64,000 nt of DNA. Origin: Eledone cirrhosa. Lineage: Eukaryota. Numbering within the stretch: the stretch's first letter is position 1; every line of letters begins with the position of its first letter. Location: positions 94,550,001 to 94,614,000 of the forward strand of contig OZ024743.1 in assembly GCA_964016885.1 (NCBI GenBank). Direction: 5' to 3'. The position numbers were made by a program, and so were the translations under genes. Below the pieces are notes generated by a model. The model searched no databases. It had not been told where the DNA came from and was given only the letters and a program-made list of their open reading frames with translations. Of this stretch, positions 43,655 to 57,414 are shown in pieces.

Positions 43655-43718
<64 letters not shown>

Positions 43719-44465
43719 TTGTGTATGTTGTGTTATGTTGACGTTGGATTTTGGATATAAGATAAGTAGTAATCTTCGTTTTTTTTCATTAATGCTTTAT
43801 TTTAACATAGATGGAGGAAAAGACTATGAAAGGGAACCAAAAGGGAAATGAAAAGAAGAAAAAACAAGAATCAAGCATCGAAAGAAAGGGAAAATGGGGG
43901 ACAGACACTACACCCCAGTTTGAGCAGTGCCTCAGCTGCGCCCCGTGGACAAAATGACAAAGGCATATACCACGGAGAATGGCTAGAGATACCCGCTACA
44001 ACAGCCATCCCATCTCACGGGGCTTCCTCCTCGAGCTAGCTGCTGTCTTTCCGATAAGCATTGTGGGGACCAAGGACATCAGAGGTCTCGACGGACACCG
44101 GTACAACGAAGAAGCTGTTGGTCAGGACCCGGTATTAAACTACAATTATATTTCATGCCTTGCGGTATTCATTTTGGTTATCTTCTCTCTGAGTTCAAAT
44201 CCCGCCGAGGTCAACTTTGCCTTTCATCCATTCAAGGTCGAAAATAGTACCAGTCTAGTACTGGGATCGATACTTCCTCTATATATCTTTCTCACTTTCA
44301 TTCTCTCACTCTATCCTTCTCTGGAAGAAATCTGCTTTATTCAGAACTAGGGTGGAGACGGGCTCTGTCAGGTTTTAAAAAATACCATAGAATCACTGTA
44401 TGTCAATATGGGGCTCCTACAAGTCCCACACAAGAACATCTGTTAAAACAGCAAAATGCCGACAA

Positions 44466-44587
44466 TATTCATGGAATAATGGCGAAAAATCAGCGCAAGA
44501 GTAGCTGTTAAAACATGGTATTTAACGGCATTTTGGTGTTAACAGCTATTCTTGCGATGAGTTTTATTTTTCATTATTCTATGAATT
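44466..44587. repeat. Imperfect ~120-bp foldback in a tyrosinase intron
   Basis: cgcaagagtagctgttaa pairs with ttaacagctattcttgcg, and attcatggaataatg pairs with cattattctatgaat. Confidence 0.6.
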
Positions 44588-44658
44588 CTAATATTAAAGT
44601 TATTAGCATAATATTACAGTAGAAAAAGTAAGTAATTGGAAAATACTGAATTATTTAC

Positions 44659-44771
44659 ATTTTTAAATATATTCTGTGCCAGGTGAGGAATACAGGACCA
44701 TTGTGAGCATTTCTGGCAGTCGCACCTGTATGGAGGAAGGCGATAGCATCGTAAACATTTGGTTCCATGCT
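44659..44771 (-). CDS. Tyrosinase-like protein, second coding exon: CuA site
   Basis: Acceptor cttacag and donor gtaaat. Translation SMEPNVYDAIAFLHTGATARNAHNGPVFLTWHRIYLKM has three CuA His. The phases (0 in, 2 out) fit both neighbouring exons. Confidence 0.95.
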
Positions 44772-44856
44772 CTGTAAGATAAAGAAAGAGATATAAGACA
44801 TTACAATCATTGAAACAAAATATGGAGGCAGGTGTATATATATACACACACACACG

Positions 44857-44892
<36 letters not shown>

Positions 44893-46096
44893 ATTACTTC
44901 TCTCGTAAGTGTACATATATATGAATATATAGTGAATTTTTTCTTTTTAAAACTTGTATCACTATCAACTTATACACAACAGCAACACGTCTCTTCTCTT
45001 TGCTCTTTAACCTCTTAAAACGTATTGAAGCACAACTAGAGTGTCCTGCCGAGATTTCTTAACCCCACCTTTTTTGTATCATAGTTCTATTGAAATACAT
45101 TGCAAATAATTTTCAATGAATTTATGAAAATATATTTTTTTAAATGTTGGAATTCAGTAAAATAACGTTTTCATTAGTAAGCTGGTTACATAAAATTATG
45201 ATGGAATGTTTCTATATAATTATGAACACTTTAAAACGGACAATTTTATATCATAGAATAGGAGCTGTTTTAAGTATCAAAATGGGTTAAATGCTATAAT
45301 TATACTTCTTCTAAATGATGCAAATGATGATATTGTACAAGTAAGCACTTGATCAAATATAAAGACTGTCTGAACAGAAGGTTATTGAGTATATAGCTCT
45401 GTAGCCGGCACGTTACAATGCAAATGACCCCGTAACTCACATACTTTACTAGCGTGTATTAAATCGATCTGCTATGAATAATCCACTTCCACTCATGAAA
45501 GTATCTATATGTAGATAATATACTAGATTTCTCACTTCGCAGCATCCTCAACATCTGCTGGAGTGATAGAGCGATTTTGTTACCAGCATTGAAGTTCTTG
45601 AAGAGACAGAGAGCACCAATGCATGTTTCCCGAATAGAAAATCATCATCGCTGCATGGCGAACTCTTCATTTTCCACTGAAACAGAGGGATCCGCAGAAA
45701 ACGTACAAGGGTTCTCTAAAGAAATCTCTTTAAGCATGTCATATTGATCACCACCAGAGGTGTGATATGTCCTCTGATCAGGTGATCTGGTGACATACCA
45801 TCTGTCAATTTCCTCCTTCGAGAATGAATGGAGGACTGTTGATGAAGACAAAAGTCCGGGGAAGAAATGTAGTATGGTAACACTGAAACCAGAACAAAAT
45901 TAGACTTACTCTTGCTTTAGTCGTGTTTGCCTATCTTACGTTTTTCTCGCCAGTTACCAGCGAGCCTACGATAGATGTGGACAGCCCCTTTCATAAATCT
46001 TCGTTAACGAAGTAAAGTCATGATACTAGTTTAGTAAAATATCAAAGTCTGTCAGTACTCTGATAATAATATTCATATAAAAAAATAGAACCTTAC

Positions 46097-46465
46097 CGTA
46101 TCTTGTTTTAGAAGATGAATACTACGGTGGAAATCATATCTTTCTTGTTCACTGAGTTGTCTATATTCCTTCCTTACTCGGAGCATTTTCAAATGATTTG
46201 GTTGTGATGTTTTTGGTTCATCGGTTGGTAGATTATAATTTAGATAGTTTGTTGTCCAATTAGGACATATTTTCGCCATTTGGAGCTGACCTATGCAATA
46301 TTTCCATATATCGGCCTTCTTTTCAATTGGTGGATTTGTCGATTTGCATACATTCTCAAAACAGTCTGGAACATAGCTACCTATTTCTGGAACATAATAC
46401 TGTATATCTGACTTCACGTAAACAAAAGCCAGCAATATGATGAATGCTAGGTACAGACGATTCAT
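46097..46465 (-). CDS. Tyrosinase-like protein, first coding exon: signal peptide and RVRKEYRQLS motif
   Basis: MNRLYLAFIILLAFVYVKS is a hydrophobic leader. LRVRKEYRQLSEQERYDF is the typical start of the tyrosinase domain. Donor gtaagg at 46096, and acceptor ttttcag 2 nt upstream of the ATG. Confidence 0.92.
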
Positions 46466-48206
46466 TGCTGAAAATATAAGAAAATGTAAAACATCATTCA
46501 GACGAAAGCATGGCTGTTAAGGAGTCTACTTTGCAACCACGTAGTTCTAGGCTCTGTCACTCTGTGCGGTGCTTCGAGCAAGTGTTTTCTACTAGTGAAA
46601 TTTGGTAGACAGAAATTACAGTGTGTCTGTCTATATGTTTGTTTGTTTGTGTGTGTGTGTGTGTGTGTGTCAGAGAGAGAGAGAGAGAGTATTTCCGTAT
46701 CTATGTTTACGTTTATGTTTGTGTGTGCAGTATTTGTTCCAGCTCTTGAGATCATTAGCTCAATCCTCATCGAAATCAACTTTGCTTTACAATCTTCCAA
46801 ATTTGATAAAACAAAGTGTCAGTTCAATACAAGGATCGATTCTCTACCTCCTCTCTATTTCTCTAGAAGAAGTCGGTTATGTTCAGACCTAGAGAGAGAT
46901 GGGCTCTGCCAGGTTTAAAGTGGATGTAACGACGAGACTCCACCAGGAGTTAAGAGCTCAAAAGACGCACACTTATGGGATTCAACTCACATATTTGCTT
47001 CTTTTTATGGCTTACACTAAAACTAACCTGGGCGGGATTTGAACTCATCCATTTACACAATAATAATTTCAATAAATGCTGGAAAGAACGAGTTGATCTT
47101 GGTAAATGTTGGTTTGAAAAGTTCTAATTGAGGCGAGTTTAAAGAAATACCCTGTCTAATCGAATATCAATTCAAAATTAAGATATATAACACTGACATT
47201 CTCCCTCTACCTATTTATGTATTAAATTTTGTTATTTGGTCTGCAAAACAAACTTCGAAAATCGAAGTATTTCAAAACCATGTCATGAGATTTATTACTG
47301 GTAAACGCCTAACCGACAGAATTAAAATATTATTGTACATCTACGAGAAATGATACAACAATGAGCAGTTTTTGATAGCAATTCTCTCAAGTCGTTTTGC
47401 TACGTCAAATTTTTTATTTGTTGTCTCCCGAAAATCTTTCTGAAGAGGATATTATATCTTGAAAGAGAAATTAGGACGCTCCAATGTATATGAAGAGATC
47501 AGACCCTAAAATCTGCTTGGAGCATATGGTACATGAAAAGCGAAACTGAAGACGCCTCACTGATAGCTGGAGACACCATTTCCTAAAATGGTCTTAATTC
47601 AAATCATGGAAAGAACTCAATAAAATGACAATAAACAGAGAGAGAAATGGAAAAAATACGTTCATTAAGTTTCGTACTCTACTACCGGAAACGGAAATAA
47701 CGATTACCAAGCAGATTTCTAGATTTCTTCAATGGTGATTCAGTGAGACGATTATTATATTTTTGTTTGCTGTTACTATTACAATTTTTTGGAGTCTTTT
47801 GAGGTGGGAGAAAGGAGATAAGATTGAGTGATGTTTATGAAGAAATTATCGGAGTTATTTGAATTATCTCTACAATCCTCACGAAATTATTTCAAAATAA
47901 TTAGCCATTTTGTCTCTATTGTGGGGTCGTTTACAATTGCTAACGTCTCTCTTGGGAATTCAGTCAGTTCTGTAGAGAGCGTTGTTTTAAATTATTGGAC
48001 CTATTGTAGTATATTACTGGTATATATTTAAACAAGCGTAATGTAAGTTAAATCAAAGGTAACCAGAAACATCTGTGAATTGATTTAAATAGCAATAACT
48101 TCATAATGTCTTGACAGTAGTAAGACATGGAGATGGTGTTGTATAAATTAGAACTTCAGTTATAATATTGCTGTATGAACTTGTCATAATACAGTAAGAC
48201 TCTTAC

Positions 48207-48288
48207 CTTCAGTTGGTTCTTAACACTTCCAGAACAATGTAGCTTGATAGAGTGATATGAATTCTTAAATAGTTACGGTATATATATA
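48207..48288 (-). promoter_or_regulatory. Putative core promoter and non-coding first exon of the tyrosinase gene
   Basis: Minus strand: TATATATATA (48288-48279), Inr-like TCACTCT (48255-48249) about 30 nt downstream, and donor AG|gtaaga at 48207/48206. The acceptor before the ATG implies an upstream exon. Confidence 0.55.
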
Positions 48289-50229
48289 GAGAGAAATAGA
48301 AATATTTGGAAATACCAGAATCTAATTAACTCTATGCCTATTGTTGGTATATATAGTAACAAATGGGAAGTGATGAATTAATTGCATGTTTCATGCTCTC
48401 CCACACACACTTCCCATCCCACAATTGTTGCAATCTAACGTCCTTGTACAGTTGTTGATATCACTCGATACAACACGTGCTTATAGTAATCTTACATCAG
48501 TCAATGCTGTCCATCCCTGAACTCTCAGTTTATGACGAAATGCATTGCATTGAATATTTTTGAAACCCGATGTTCAGGTTGTGGACTTTCTTTCCCACAT
48601 CAGTCTGCACCAAGCAGACATATGGTCAAAGGCGTTCCATTCGTGACCATCCCATCGTTCTTTGTTGTTGTATATATATTTTAGGATTACATTGGACAAT
48701 GTGTTCTCCCGTTTTATAACGGAGGGAATTTGACTATGAAGTTTGTACTCCGTGGTTTGTAACTAACTTTTTAGTTGCAGCCATGTCATGAGTCCTTAAC
48801 TCCTGATGCAGTTGGAGGGAGCCCATCGCTCTCCAAATTTTAACAGAGAGAGAGAGTGAGAGAGAGTATTAGACCGGTACTTTATTTATCGATCTCAAAA
48901 GGATGAAAGACAATGTTGACCTCGGTTGGATTTGAACTCATGGCACAGGGAGCCGGCTCAAACACCGCAAAATATTCTATCTGACATTCTAACGACTCTG
49001 CCAATTTGCAGCTTAAATTGTTATATGCAATATGAGAATGACGAAAAGAAAAAAGAAAACACATCGAGGAGAAATGCAAAAGCAGGGGACCCTACACCCT
49101 TGACTGCACTTCACAGACAAGATGGCGAAGGCATTACTGTAGAGAAGAGCCAACAATACTTGTTGCGTCAGCCATTTCTACCTCATGATGTGAACTTTAC
49201 ATCCTTGATGGTCAGTGTATATCAGCTACTGCATCTTACGGACAAAATGGTGAAAGCAGTCGTGGAGAACAGACAACGATACTCAATACATTTATCCATT
49301 CCACCTCGTTGAGCTCCTTCCTCAAGCATAATGCCCTCCCTATTGGGAGGAGGAAAAATGACAATCTGTTGATCGAGGGCACCCAAGGTCTCAACACATT
49401 ATACTCAACTGTAACCTATGTAGTATGAGAATTTAATCCTAAACTATAGGACTTAAAACATTATCTTGGGTATGACTTGAATAATAATGGGCTCAAACAG
49501 TTGAATTACCCCAGATTTCCTGACCACTAATATCGAAAGAATTGAAAGCGCATGATCTGGTTGGAGTATTACATCTAAACCTTTGCTCATAAGATAGTGG
49601 GTTAAATTCCTGGACTGAAACACGCTTTGTTTTCTTGAATAAAATATGTTATTTTATGGTGCTCTTTTTACCAGGAGTTGTGCCTCACAGATAGTAATCA
49701 ATAAAGGAAAAGACCAATGAAATAGTTGTTTCCTTGGTCCAATCTGATGACCAGATTCTATTCTTTTTTTCCCCTAAAGAAATTAAGGTGTTATATTTAT
49801 CGATATTTCGGAGGAACCCATAAAAGGTGACCTCGGCACTATCAACTGATTTGAACAACGGTACTCTCACTTCATCTTATTAAGTAATCGAAGCTGGAAT
49901 GGCTTAACTTGAAGGTCTGGTGATAGGAGAGATGGACAGATAGATTTAAATCCAACGAGAATCGAATTGGAATTTCATCAAACTTGGATCCATATTATAA
50001 AGTACCATATTCGGGTCTCGAACGCAACAGACTAAACTTGCGCTCAACGTGTGCTCCGCTATGTCTGTGTTGAGAAATACAATATATATATATACAATAT
50101 ATATACATATACAATTGTTTCTATATCGATCAGCTCAGGGTACATTTATAATCATGGGGCCTGACTCTTCTTTGACATCTCCTTAAATATGCACGTTTTA
50201 TGCACTCACGCACACGCATATATATATGC

Positions 50230-50299
<70 letters not shown>

Positions 50300-50302
<3 letters not shown>

Positions 50303-51330
50303 CGTCACGGTTCCCAGTCATCTCTGTGAGCTTCAGCGATCTGAGGTCAGCTCTCACCACCTTCGCCCATGTTTTTCGTGGTCTTCCTCTACTGCGACTT
50401 CCTTCCACCGGGATTTCTTGGTACTTCTCCACCCAGCCGTCACCCTCCATGCGCATCTGTCCCACACACTACAGTTTATCCCTCTTATACAGTTTCACTC
50501 TCAACCCGTCTATGCTTGATCGTTCACGCACATTGACATTGTACATCCATTGGAGCATGCTTGCTTCATTTCTCTCCAGCCGTCGCATATCCTCCACATT
50601 TGGTGCACATGTATCACTACCATGCAGCATCGCTCATCTCACACAGGCATCTTATGACCGACCTTTCGTTCGTAGGGAGAAAAACTTCGTTGTCAACAGA
50701 GGAAGCAGCTCTCTAAACTCCTTCCATCCTGTCCTCATTCTAGATATTATGACCTCGGAGCTTCCTCCTCGCTTGCTAATATGATCACCTAGGTATCGGA
50801 AGCTATCAACTACCTCTATAGGTCCTACTTGCATTTGAAAAATGTGCCTATCACTGACATTTCTACTATCAATTTTCCCTGAACATCCACTACATATGAG
50901 GTTTTCCTTTGCTGTTAGTTTGCCTGCTATCCCACTACACCTATTGTGTATCCAAAATCTGCATTGTGTACATTCTATAGAGTTTATATCCAACTCCTCT
51001 ATATACAGTATATGGTCATTTCCCTGATGGAATCAGACTTTTGTCCTCTTTCCTACTTAACACTTTAGTCTTTGCTAGGTTCACTCTCAGTCCTCTTGAT
51101 TCCAACTGCTGTTTCCTTAGCCATAATTTATTCTCTAGCTCCTCTGCTGTTTCTGCTATACCAGATCGTCAGAATAGAGAAGTTCCCATGGGCAGCCAGT
51201 ATTAAACTCCTCTGTTATGGCTTGGAGAACTAAAATGAATAAAAGTGGGCTGAGGACTGAACACTGATGTACTCCTACTTGTGTCTGGAATTCCTCACTA
51301 AACTCCATTCTTACTCTCACTTTACTAACA
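50300..51330 (-). mobile_element. RTE-clade LINE fragment (duplicate of 2012..3060)
   Basis: Same motifs as the copy A fragment. Confidence 0.85.
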
Positions 51331-51544
51331 TAGCTTAAGGGAACAAAGAATCAGTGTTGCATCATATACATATTTATTTACATATTACATGTGTTACACT
51401 GTTGATCAGCTCGAGGAACGATCGATTAATGTTCGATCCTGACTCTGGAATCGTAAAGCTCCACAGATATGTTTTAACATGTAGACTGGCGTCAACACTG
51501 ATTCTTTGTTCCCTTATATATTATTATTATTATTGATACTCTGC

Positions 51545-51732
51545 GGTGGATTGGCAGTATCGGTAGAGAGTCGGACGCCATGCTTTGCAGCAAAGAGTTA
51601 CGGCCCTTTATGATCTGAGTTCAAATCCCGCCGAGGTTAACTTTGCCGTTCATCCTTACGGGGGTCGATAAAATAAAGTACTAGTAATACACTGGAAATT
51701 GTTGGCCATGTGCCAAAAGTAGAAACAATTAT
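51545..51732 (+). mobile_element. Family-1 SINE (duplicate of 3273..3462)
   Basis: Near-identical sequence and context. Confidence 0.85.
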
Positions 51733-52378
51733 TATAGATACTCTGCTCTACACCTATACCTATATATATATATATATATATATATGTAAAGTTATATTTA
51801 AAATTGTTGGGTTACAACTAGTAAATATTTATAACTGATATAAAAGCACTCGACAAATATTTGGAGTATATTTACAATATTAAATAAATGGAAAACTATA
51901 TTTATAAAACCATATTTATTTCATTATATATATTTCGGGGATATCATATTAACAATATGCTATGCCTTCATCAGACAAAATACAATATAAACAGTTTTAT
52001 AGATAAATATATTCAACATACCGTAATAAACATCAACTTCATTTGAAGAGGTTTACGCTAGCAGTGAAAATACAGAGAGAAAGAAAAAGAGAGAGAAAAG
52101 AGGGAAATAAGAAAGAAAGAAAGACAAAACAAAGAAAAGGAAGAAAAAGAAGAAAAAGAAAAAGAAAAAGAAAAAGAAAAAGAAAAAGAAAAAGAAAAAG
52201 AAGAAATGCATGGGACAAAATAGAGAGATGGAAAAATAGATAAAGCGAAGAGCTTCATGTAAAGAGACAGAAAGAGATATATATATATAGAGAGAGAGGA
52301 AATAGAGATAAATACATATATATATATAGAAAATTAGGTAGTGGGAGGTCATTTTGAGTAAGTGTATCAATGATGCAT

Positions 52379-52413
<35 letters not shown>

Positions 52414-53534
52414 GCTCAAGTATTAATGTAAGGGAGATATATAGAGAGATATAGAGAGATATAGAGAGAGAAAAAATTTAAAAATAGCCAGACATATTCG
52501 AGGCGTAGAAAACCCTATGTTTTAATGTATTAGTATTTATAAAACTTATACTATATTGTAAATATCAGTATTCCTGAATGAAACAAGTATTCACAATGCG
52601 TGAAAATTCATTATCTTATGTTTAGTTTTTTAAAAAATTCATATGTCTATGTGACAGCTACAAACATCAATGTGAATCCAACTGATTCACTCCGCAAATT
52701 CTAAGTTACCGGAAAACATTCTCAATGTGGTATAAAAATTTGAGCGTATTATTATTCTTGCGATTACTCTACAAGATTATCTATCAAGCAGAAATAGAGA
52801 GCAGATTTCAATATACTAATCGAAAATATATATTATATTATAAACAAAGATAACAATAATAATGATAATAAGTAAAAATATATAAAAATATAGAATATAG
52901 AATAGAAAACTAAAAAAAAAAAATATTACGAAAGAATATTACATAATAAAAATATTGCATATTAAAAATACTACGTATTAAAAATATTACGTATTAAAAA
53001 TTTACATATAAAAATATTAAAAATAAAAATTTACATATAAAAATATTAAAAATAAAAATAAAATAAAATAAAAAATAAAAATATTATAGAATACTACAAT
53101 ACTAAAAGAATAAAAATAAAAATAAAAATAAAAATAAAAATAAAAATAAAAATGAAAATAAAAATAAACCACAAAGAACAACCCTTCAAAGTTAATTGAC
53201 AATATATTGCCAAGTTCATTACAAGACAAAGCCAAAAATTATCTATCAAATCACATCTAGCAAGGAATATCGCAAAAAAGATTATGATGTCCAATAATGT
53301 CTACATATGCTCCTATATTTAATATATAAGTTTATCTAGTGTAAGGTTAATTCAAAAAAATTTGGAGCATCGGCTTTTAGGGTAGCTTAATTTTTCATGA
53401 GGAATGTTTAGATAAAAATAAAAATAAATAAAATAAAATAAACAATAAAAAGAGTAAAAAGAGGGAATCAAAGATTTAGGAATCAAAAGATTTATCGGCT
53501 AGTTCTCATATAAATATAAAACAAACTAAATATA

Positions 53535-55166
53535 CTACATTTTAAATTTAAATTTATATTTAAACGTTGAGTTTAATCTATGTTTGCAACAACTGAATAA
53601 ATTTGTCCGTAGGTTAAGGGAATTTTTAGATTTTAGTATAAAGAATATCTCCTCTGCGCAGAGGTCACATGTCTCAGAGGATGAATTAAAAGGAATCCCT
53701 CTTGAGACTATATTCCAAGCCGTCGAATATCTAACGTTATCTAGCTTAAGTTGCCAGAGTACCCCTGATAGTGCCGTTGAAGATTTTTTATTTGGATCTG
53801 TGAAAGAATTCTTGTGGTTATTATAGCGAAGTTTAAATTCCGTCGATGTGGAGCCGACGTAGTTAAAAGAATTAGAGTCAGTATTAACATTACAATTGTA
53901 TACTATATTTTTAACTAAGCAGTTGTTATTTAACGGACATTTAGATCTATCTCTACAGTTACATTTGTTAACTTGTATATTATTTATGCTATTATCAGTA
54001 GGTTTTAAGTTCCTATTATTTATTCTATTAATATTTTGTGCTAAATTTTTGGTGGATGAGTAGGTTAATTTAATTGTATGCCTATTGAAGATTGAGTGGT
54101 ACCTATGTGTTCTAGGGAAGCGATTATCAAGAGCTTTGAAAAATAATTTAGCGGTGTGGGTTTTAATGTTTAGTGAGAAAGGGGGGGGGGGGGGGGCAAA
54201 CCAAATTATGTTCCTAGTTCTATTTCTTTTTTGTCCTTTGGAATTATTGTAATGCTTTCTATTATAGTTGTTAATGTTGTTGCCGTAATTAAAAAAGTTG
54301 TTACTTTGTTTAGTTTGTTTATCATTATCTATGTACACAATCTTATCAGCATACCCTGCCCTAGCTAGTGCATCATTATAGTATTGGGCCTTTTCGTCAA
54401 AAATCTTTCTATTCGACGAGATCCTAGAGATACGTTTTTGGACTGAGTTTACTATAGTGTTTTTGACAGATCTGGGGTGGTTAGAGTTAAAGTTGACATA
54501 GTTTAAGTTTTCATTCAACTTGTGAAAAGGATAGTGGAGACATGTGTTGAGATTTAATGTTATATCTAGGAAATTGACTATTCTATGGTTGTTCTCAATT
54601 TCTATTTTAAGGTTAAAGTAATTAAAAAATTTTGTAATTTGTTTACATTTTCTATTTAGTTCAGGGTTATTATTATTAATAAGTAAAAGCATGTCATCCC
54701 TATATAAACCTCCGGTAGTACCAGGTATTTTCCTATGTAGCGAATTGATTAAAAATAAGCCCACAAGGTCAGTTACCTGAGCTGAGTCGGAAGATCCCAT
54801 AGTTATGTCAAAATTGCTATCTCTATCTGCTCTGGTCCATAATTTGTCATCAAATTCTATCAAAGTTTTCCTAGCCGATAATATAATATGCATTTCTTTG
54901 CTAGTTATGTCAGTATGTTTGAATGCGTAATTTAGTGCCTTATTTAGTAGACTAGGGGTAATAGAAGAATAATAGTTAGCTATATCAAGTTGAATAAACC
55001 TATTATTAATATCATATTTAATTTGCCTAAACCACTCAACAACCTCTCCAGTTCCCTTCCACAAGCTCAGGTTAGATACACAATCCAAGTTCTTAATTTG
55101 CAGTATCACCCTGTCAAGAATGTTTTTGCTTAATTTGCCCAGGTCCGATTTTGAAGGTGCGATCAC
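53535..55166 (-). CDS. Uninterrupted but N-terminally truncated Penelope-like RT + GIY-YIG frame
   Basis: 543 codons without a stop: IAPSKSDLG, QLDIANYY, MGSSDS, YRDD, NFLDIT, SNHP, CNCRDRSKCPL, NIVY..YVG and CDLC. Confidence 0.85.
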   Translation of the reverse strand: MIAPSKSDLGKLSKNILDRVILQIKNLDCVSNLSLWKGTGEVVEWFRQIKYDINNRFIQLDIANYYSSITPSLLNKALNYAFKHTDITSKEMHIILSARKTLIEFDDKLWTRADRDSNFDITMGSSDSAQVTDLVGLFLINSLHRKIPGTTGGLYRDDMLLLINNNNPELNRKCKQITKFFNYFNLKIEIENNHRIVNFLDITLNLNTCLHYPFHKLNENLNYVNFNSNHPRSVKNTIVNSVQKRISRISSNRKIFDEKAQYYNDALARAGYADKIVYIDNDKQTKQSNNFFNYGNNINNYNRKHYNNSKGQKRNRTRNIIWFAPPPPPFSLNIKTHTAKLFFKALDNRFPRTHRYHSIFNRHTIKLTYSSTKNLAQNINRINNRNLKPTDNSINNIQVNKCNCRDRSKCPLNNNCLVKNIVYNCNVNTDSNSFNYVGSTSTEFKLRYNNHKNSFTDPNKKSSTALSGVLWQLKLDNVRYSTAWNIVSRGIPFNSSSETCDLCAEEIFFILKSKNSLNLRTNLFSCCKHRLNSTFKYKFKFKM

Positions 55167-56919
55167 TAAACATTAAAACCCACATCGCTAAATTATTTTT
55201 CAAAGCTCTTGATAATCGCTTCCCTAGAACACATAGGTACCACTCAATCTTCAATAGGCATACAATTAAATTAACCTACTCATCCACCAAAAATTTAGCA
55301 CAAAATATTAATAGAATAAATAATAGGAACTTAAAACCTACTGATAATAGCATAAATAATATACAAGTTAACAAATGTAACTGTAGAGATAGATCTAAAT
55401 GTCCGTTAAATAACAACTGCTTAGTTAAAAATATAGTATACAATTGTAATGTTAATACTGACTCTAATTCTTTTAACTACGTCGGCTCCACATCGACGGA
55501 ATTTAAACTTCGCTATAATAACCACAAGAATTCTTTCACAGATCCAAATAAAAAATCTTCAACGGCACTATCAGGGGTACTCTGGCAACTTAAGCTAGAT
55601 AACGTTAGATATTCGACGGCTTGGAATATAGTCTCAAGAGGGATTCCTTTTAATTCATCCTCTGAGACATGTGACCTCTGCGCAGAGGAGATATTCTTTA
55701 TACTAAAATCTAAAAATTCCCTTAACCTACGGACAAATTTATTCAGTTGTTGCAAACATAGATTAAACTCAACGTTTAAATATAAATTTAAATTTAAAAT
55801 GTAGTATATTTAGTTTGTTTTATATTTATATGAGAACTAGCCGATAAATCTTTTGATTCCTAAATCTTTGATTCCCTCTTTTTACTCTTTTTATTGTTTA
55901 TTTTATTTTATTTATTTTTATTTTTATCTAAACATTCCTCATGAAAAATTAAGCTACCCTAAAAGCCGATGCTCCAAATTTTTTTGAATTAACCTTACAC
56001 TAGATAAACTTATATATTAAATATAGGAGCATATGTAGACATTATTGGACATCATAATCTTTTTTGCGATATTCCTTGCTAGATGTGATTTGATAGATAA
56101 TTTTTGGCTTTGTCTTGTAATGAACTTGGCAATATATTGTCAATTAACTTTGAAGGGTTGTTCTTTGTGGTTTATTTTTATTTTCATTTTTATTTTTATT
56201 TTTATTTTTATTTTTATTTTTATTCTTTTAGTATTGTAGTATTCTATAATATTTTTATTTTTTATTTTATTTTATTTTTATTTTTAATATTTTTATATGT
56301 AAATTTTTATTTTTAATATTTTTATATGTAAATTTTTAATACGTAATATTTTTAATACGTAGTATTTTTAATATGCAATATTTTTATTATGTAATATTCT
56401 TTCGTAATATTTTTTTTTTTTAGTTTTCTATTCTATATTCTATATTTTTATATATTTTTACTTATTATCATTATTATTGTTATCTTTGTTTATAATATAA
56501 TATATATTTTCGATTAGTATATTGAAATCTGCTCTCTATTTCTGCTTGATAGATAATCTTGTAGAGTAATCGCAAGAATAATAATACGCTCAAATTTTTA
56601 TACCACATTGAGAATGTTTTCCGGTAACTTAGAATTTGCGGAGTGAATCAGTTGGATTCACATTGATGTTTGTAGCTGTCACATAGACATATGAATTTTT
56701 TAAAAAACTAAACATAAGATAATGAATTTTCACGCATTGTGAATACTTGTTTCATTCAGGAATACTGATATTTACAATATAGTATAAGTTTTATAAATAC
56801 TAATACATTAAAACATAGGGTTTTCTACGCCTCGAATATGTCTGGCTATTTTTAAATTTTTTCTCTCTCTATATCTCTCTATATCTCTCTATATATCTCC
56901 CTTACATTAATACTTGAGC

Positions 56920-56954
<35 letters not shown>

Positions 56955-57352
56955 ATGCATCATTGATACACTTACTCAAAATGACCTCCCACTACCTAAT
57001 TTTCTATATATATATATGTATTTATCTCTATTTCCTCTCTCTCTATATATATATATATCTTTCTGTCTCTTTACATGAAGCTCTTCGCTTTATCTATTTT
57101 TCCATCTCTCTATTTTGTCCCATGCATTTCTTCTTTTTCTTTTTCTTTTTCTTTTTCTTTTTCTTTTTCTTTTTCTTTTTCTTCTTTTTCTTCCTTTTCT
57201 TTGTTTTGTCTTTCTTTCTTTCTTATTTCCCTCTTTTCTCTCTCTCTTTCTTTCTCTCTGTATTTTCACTGCTAGCGTAAACCTCTTCAAATGAAGTTGA
57301 TGTTTATTACGGTATGTTGAATATATTTATCTATAAAACTGTTTATATTGTA

Positions 57353-57414
57353 TTTTGTCTGATGAAGGCATAGCATATTGTTAATATGATATCCCCGAAA
57401 TATATATAATGAAA
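57353..57414 (+). ncRNA. Hammerhead near the 3' end of PLE 2 (mirror 51919..51980 -)
   Basis: UUUUGU-CUGAUGA-AGG..CAUAUU gu UAAUAUG..CCC-GAAA UAUAU AUA-AUGAAA. Stem I is weak, made of A-U and G-U pairs. Confidence 0.6.

Noticed and set aside
45059-45290. piggyBac-like MITE (ttaaccc..gggttaa)
   Set aside because: The inverted match does not extend beyond about 7 bp, so it is not supportable.
55151-55804. Stand-alone GIY-YIG nuclease gene
   Set aside because: It is the inverted duplicate of the PLE 2 C-terminus and its start spans the inversion junction.
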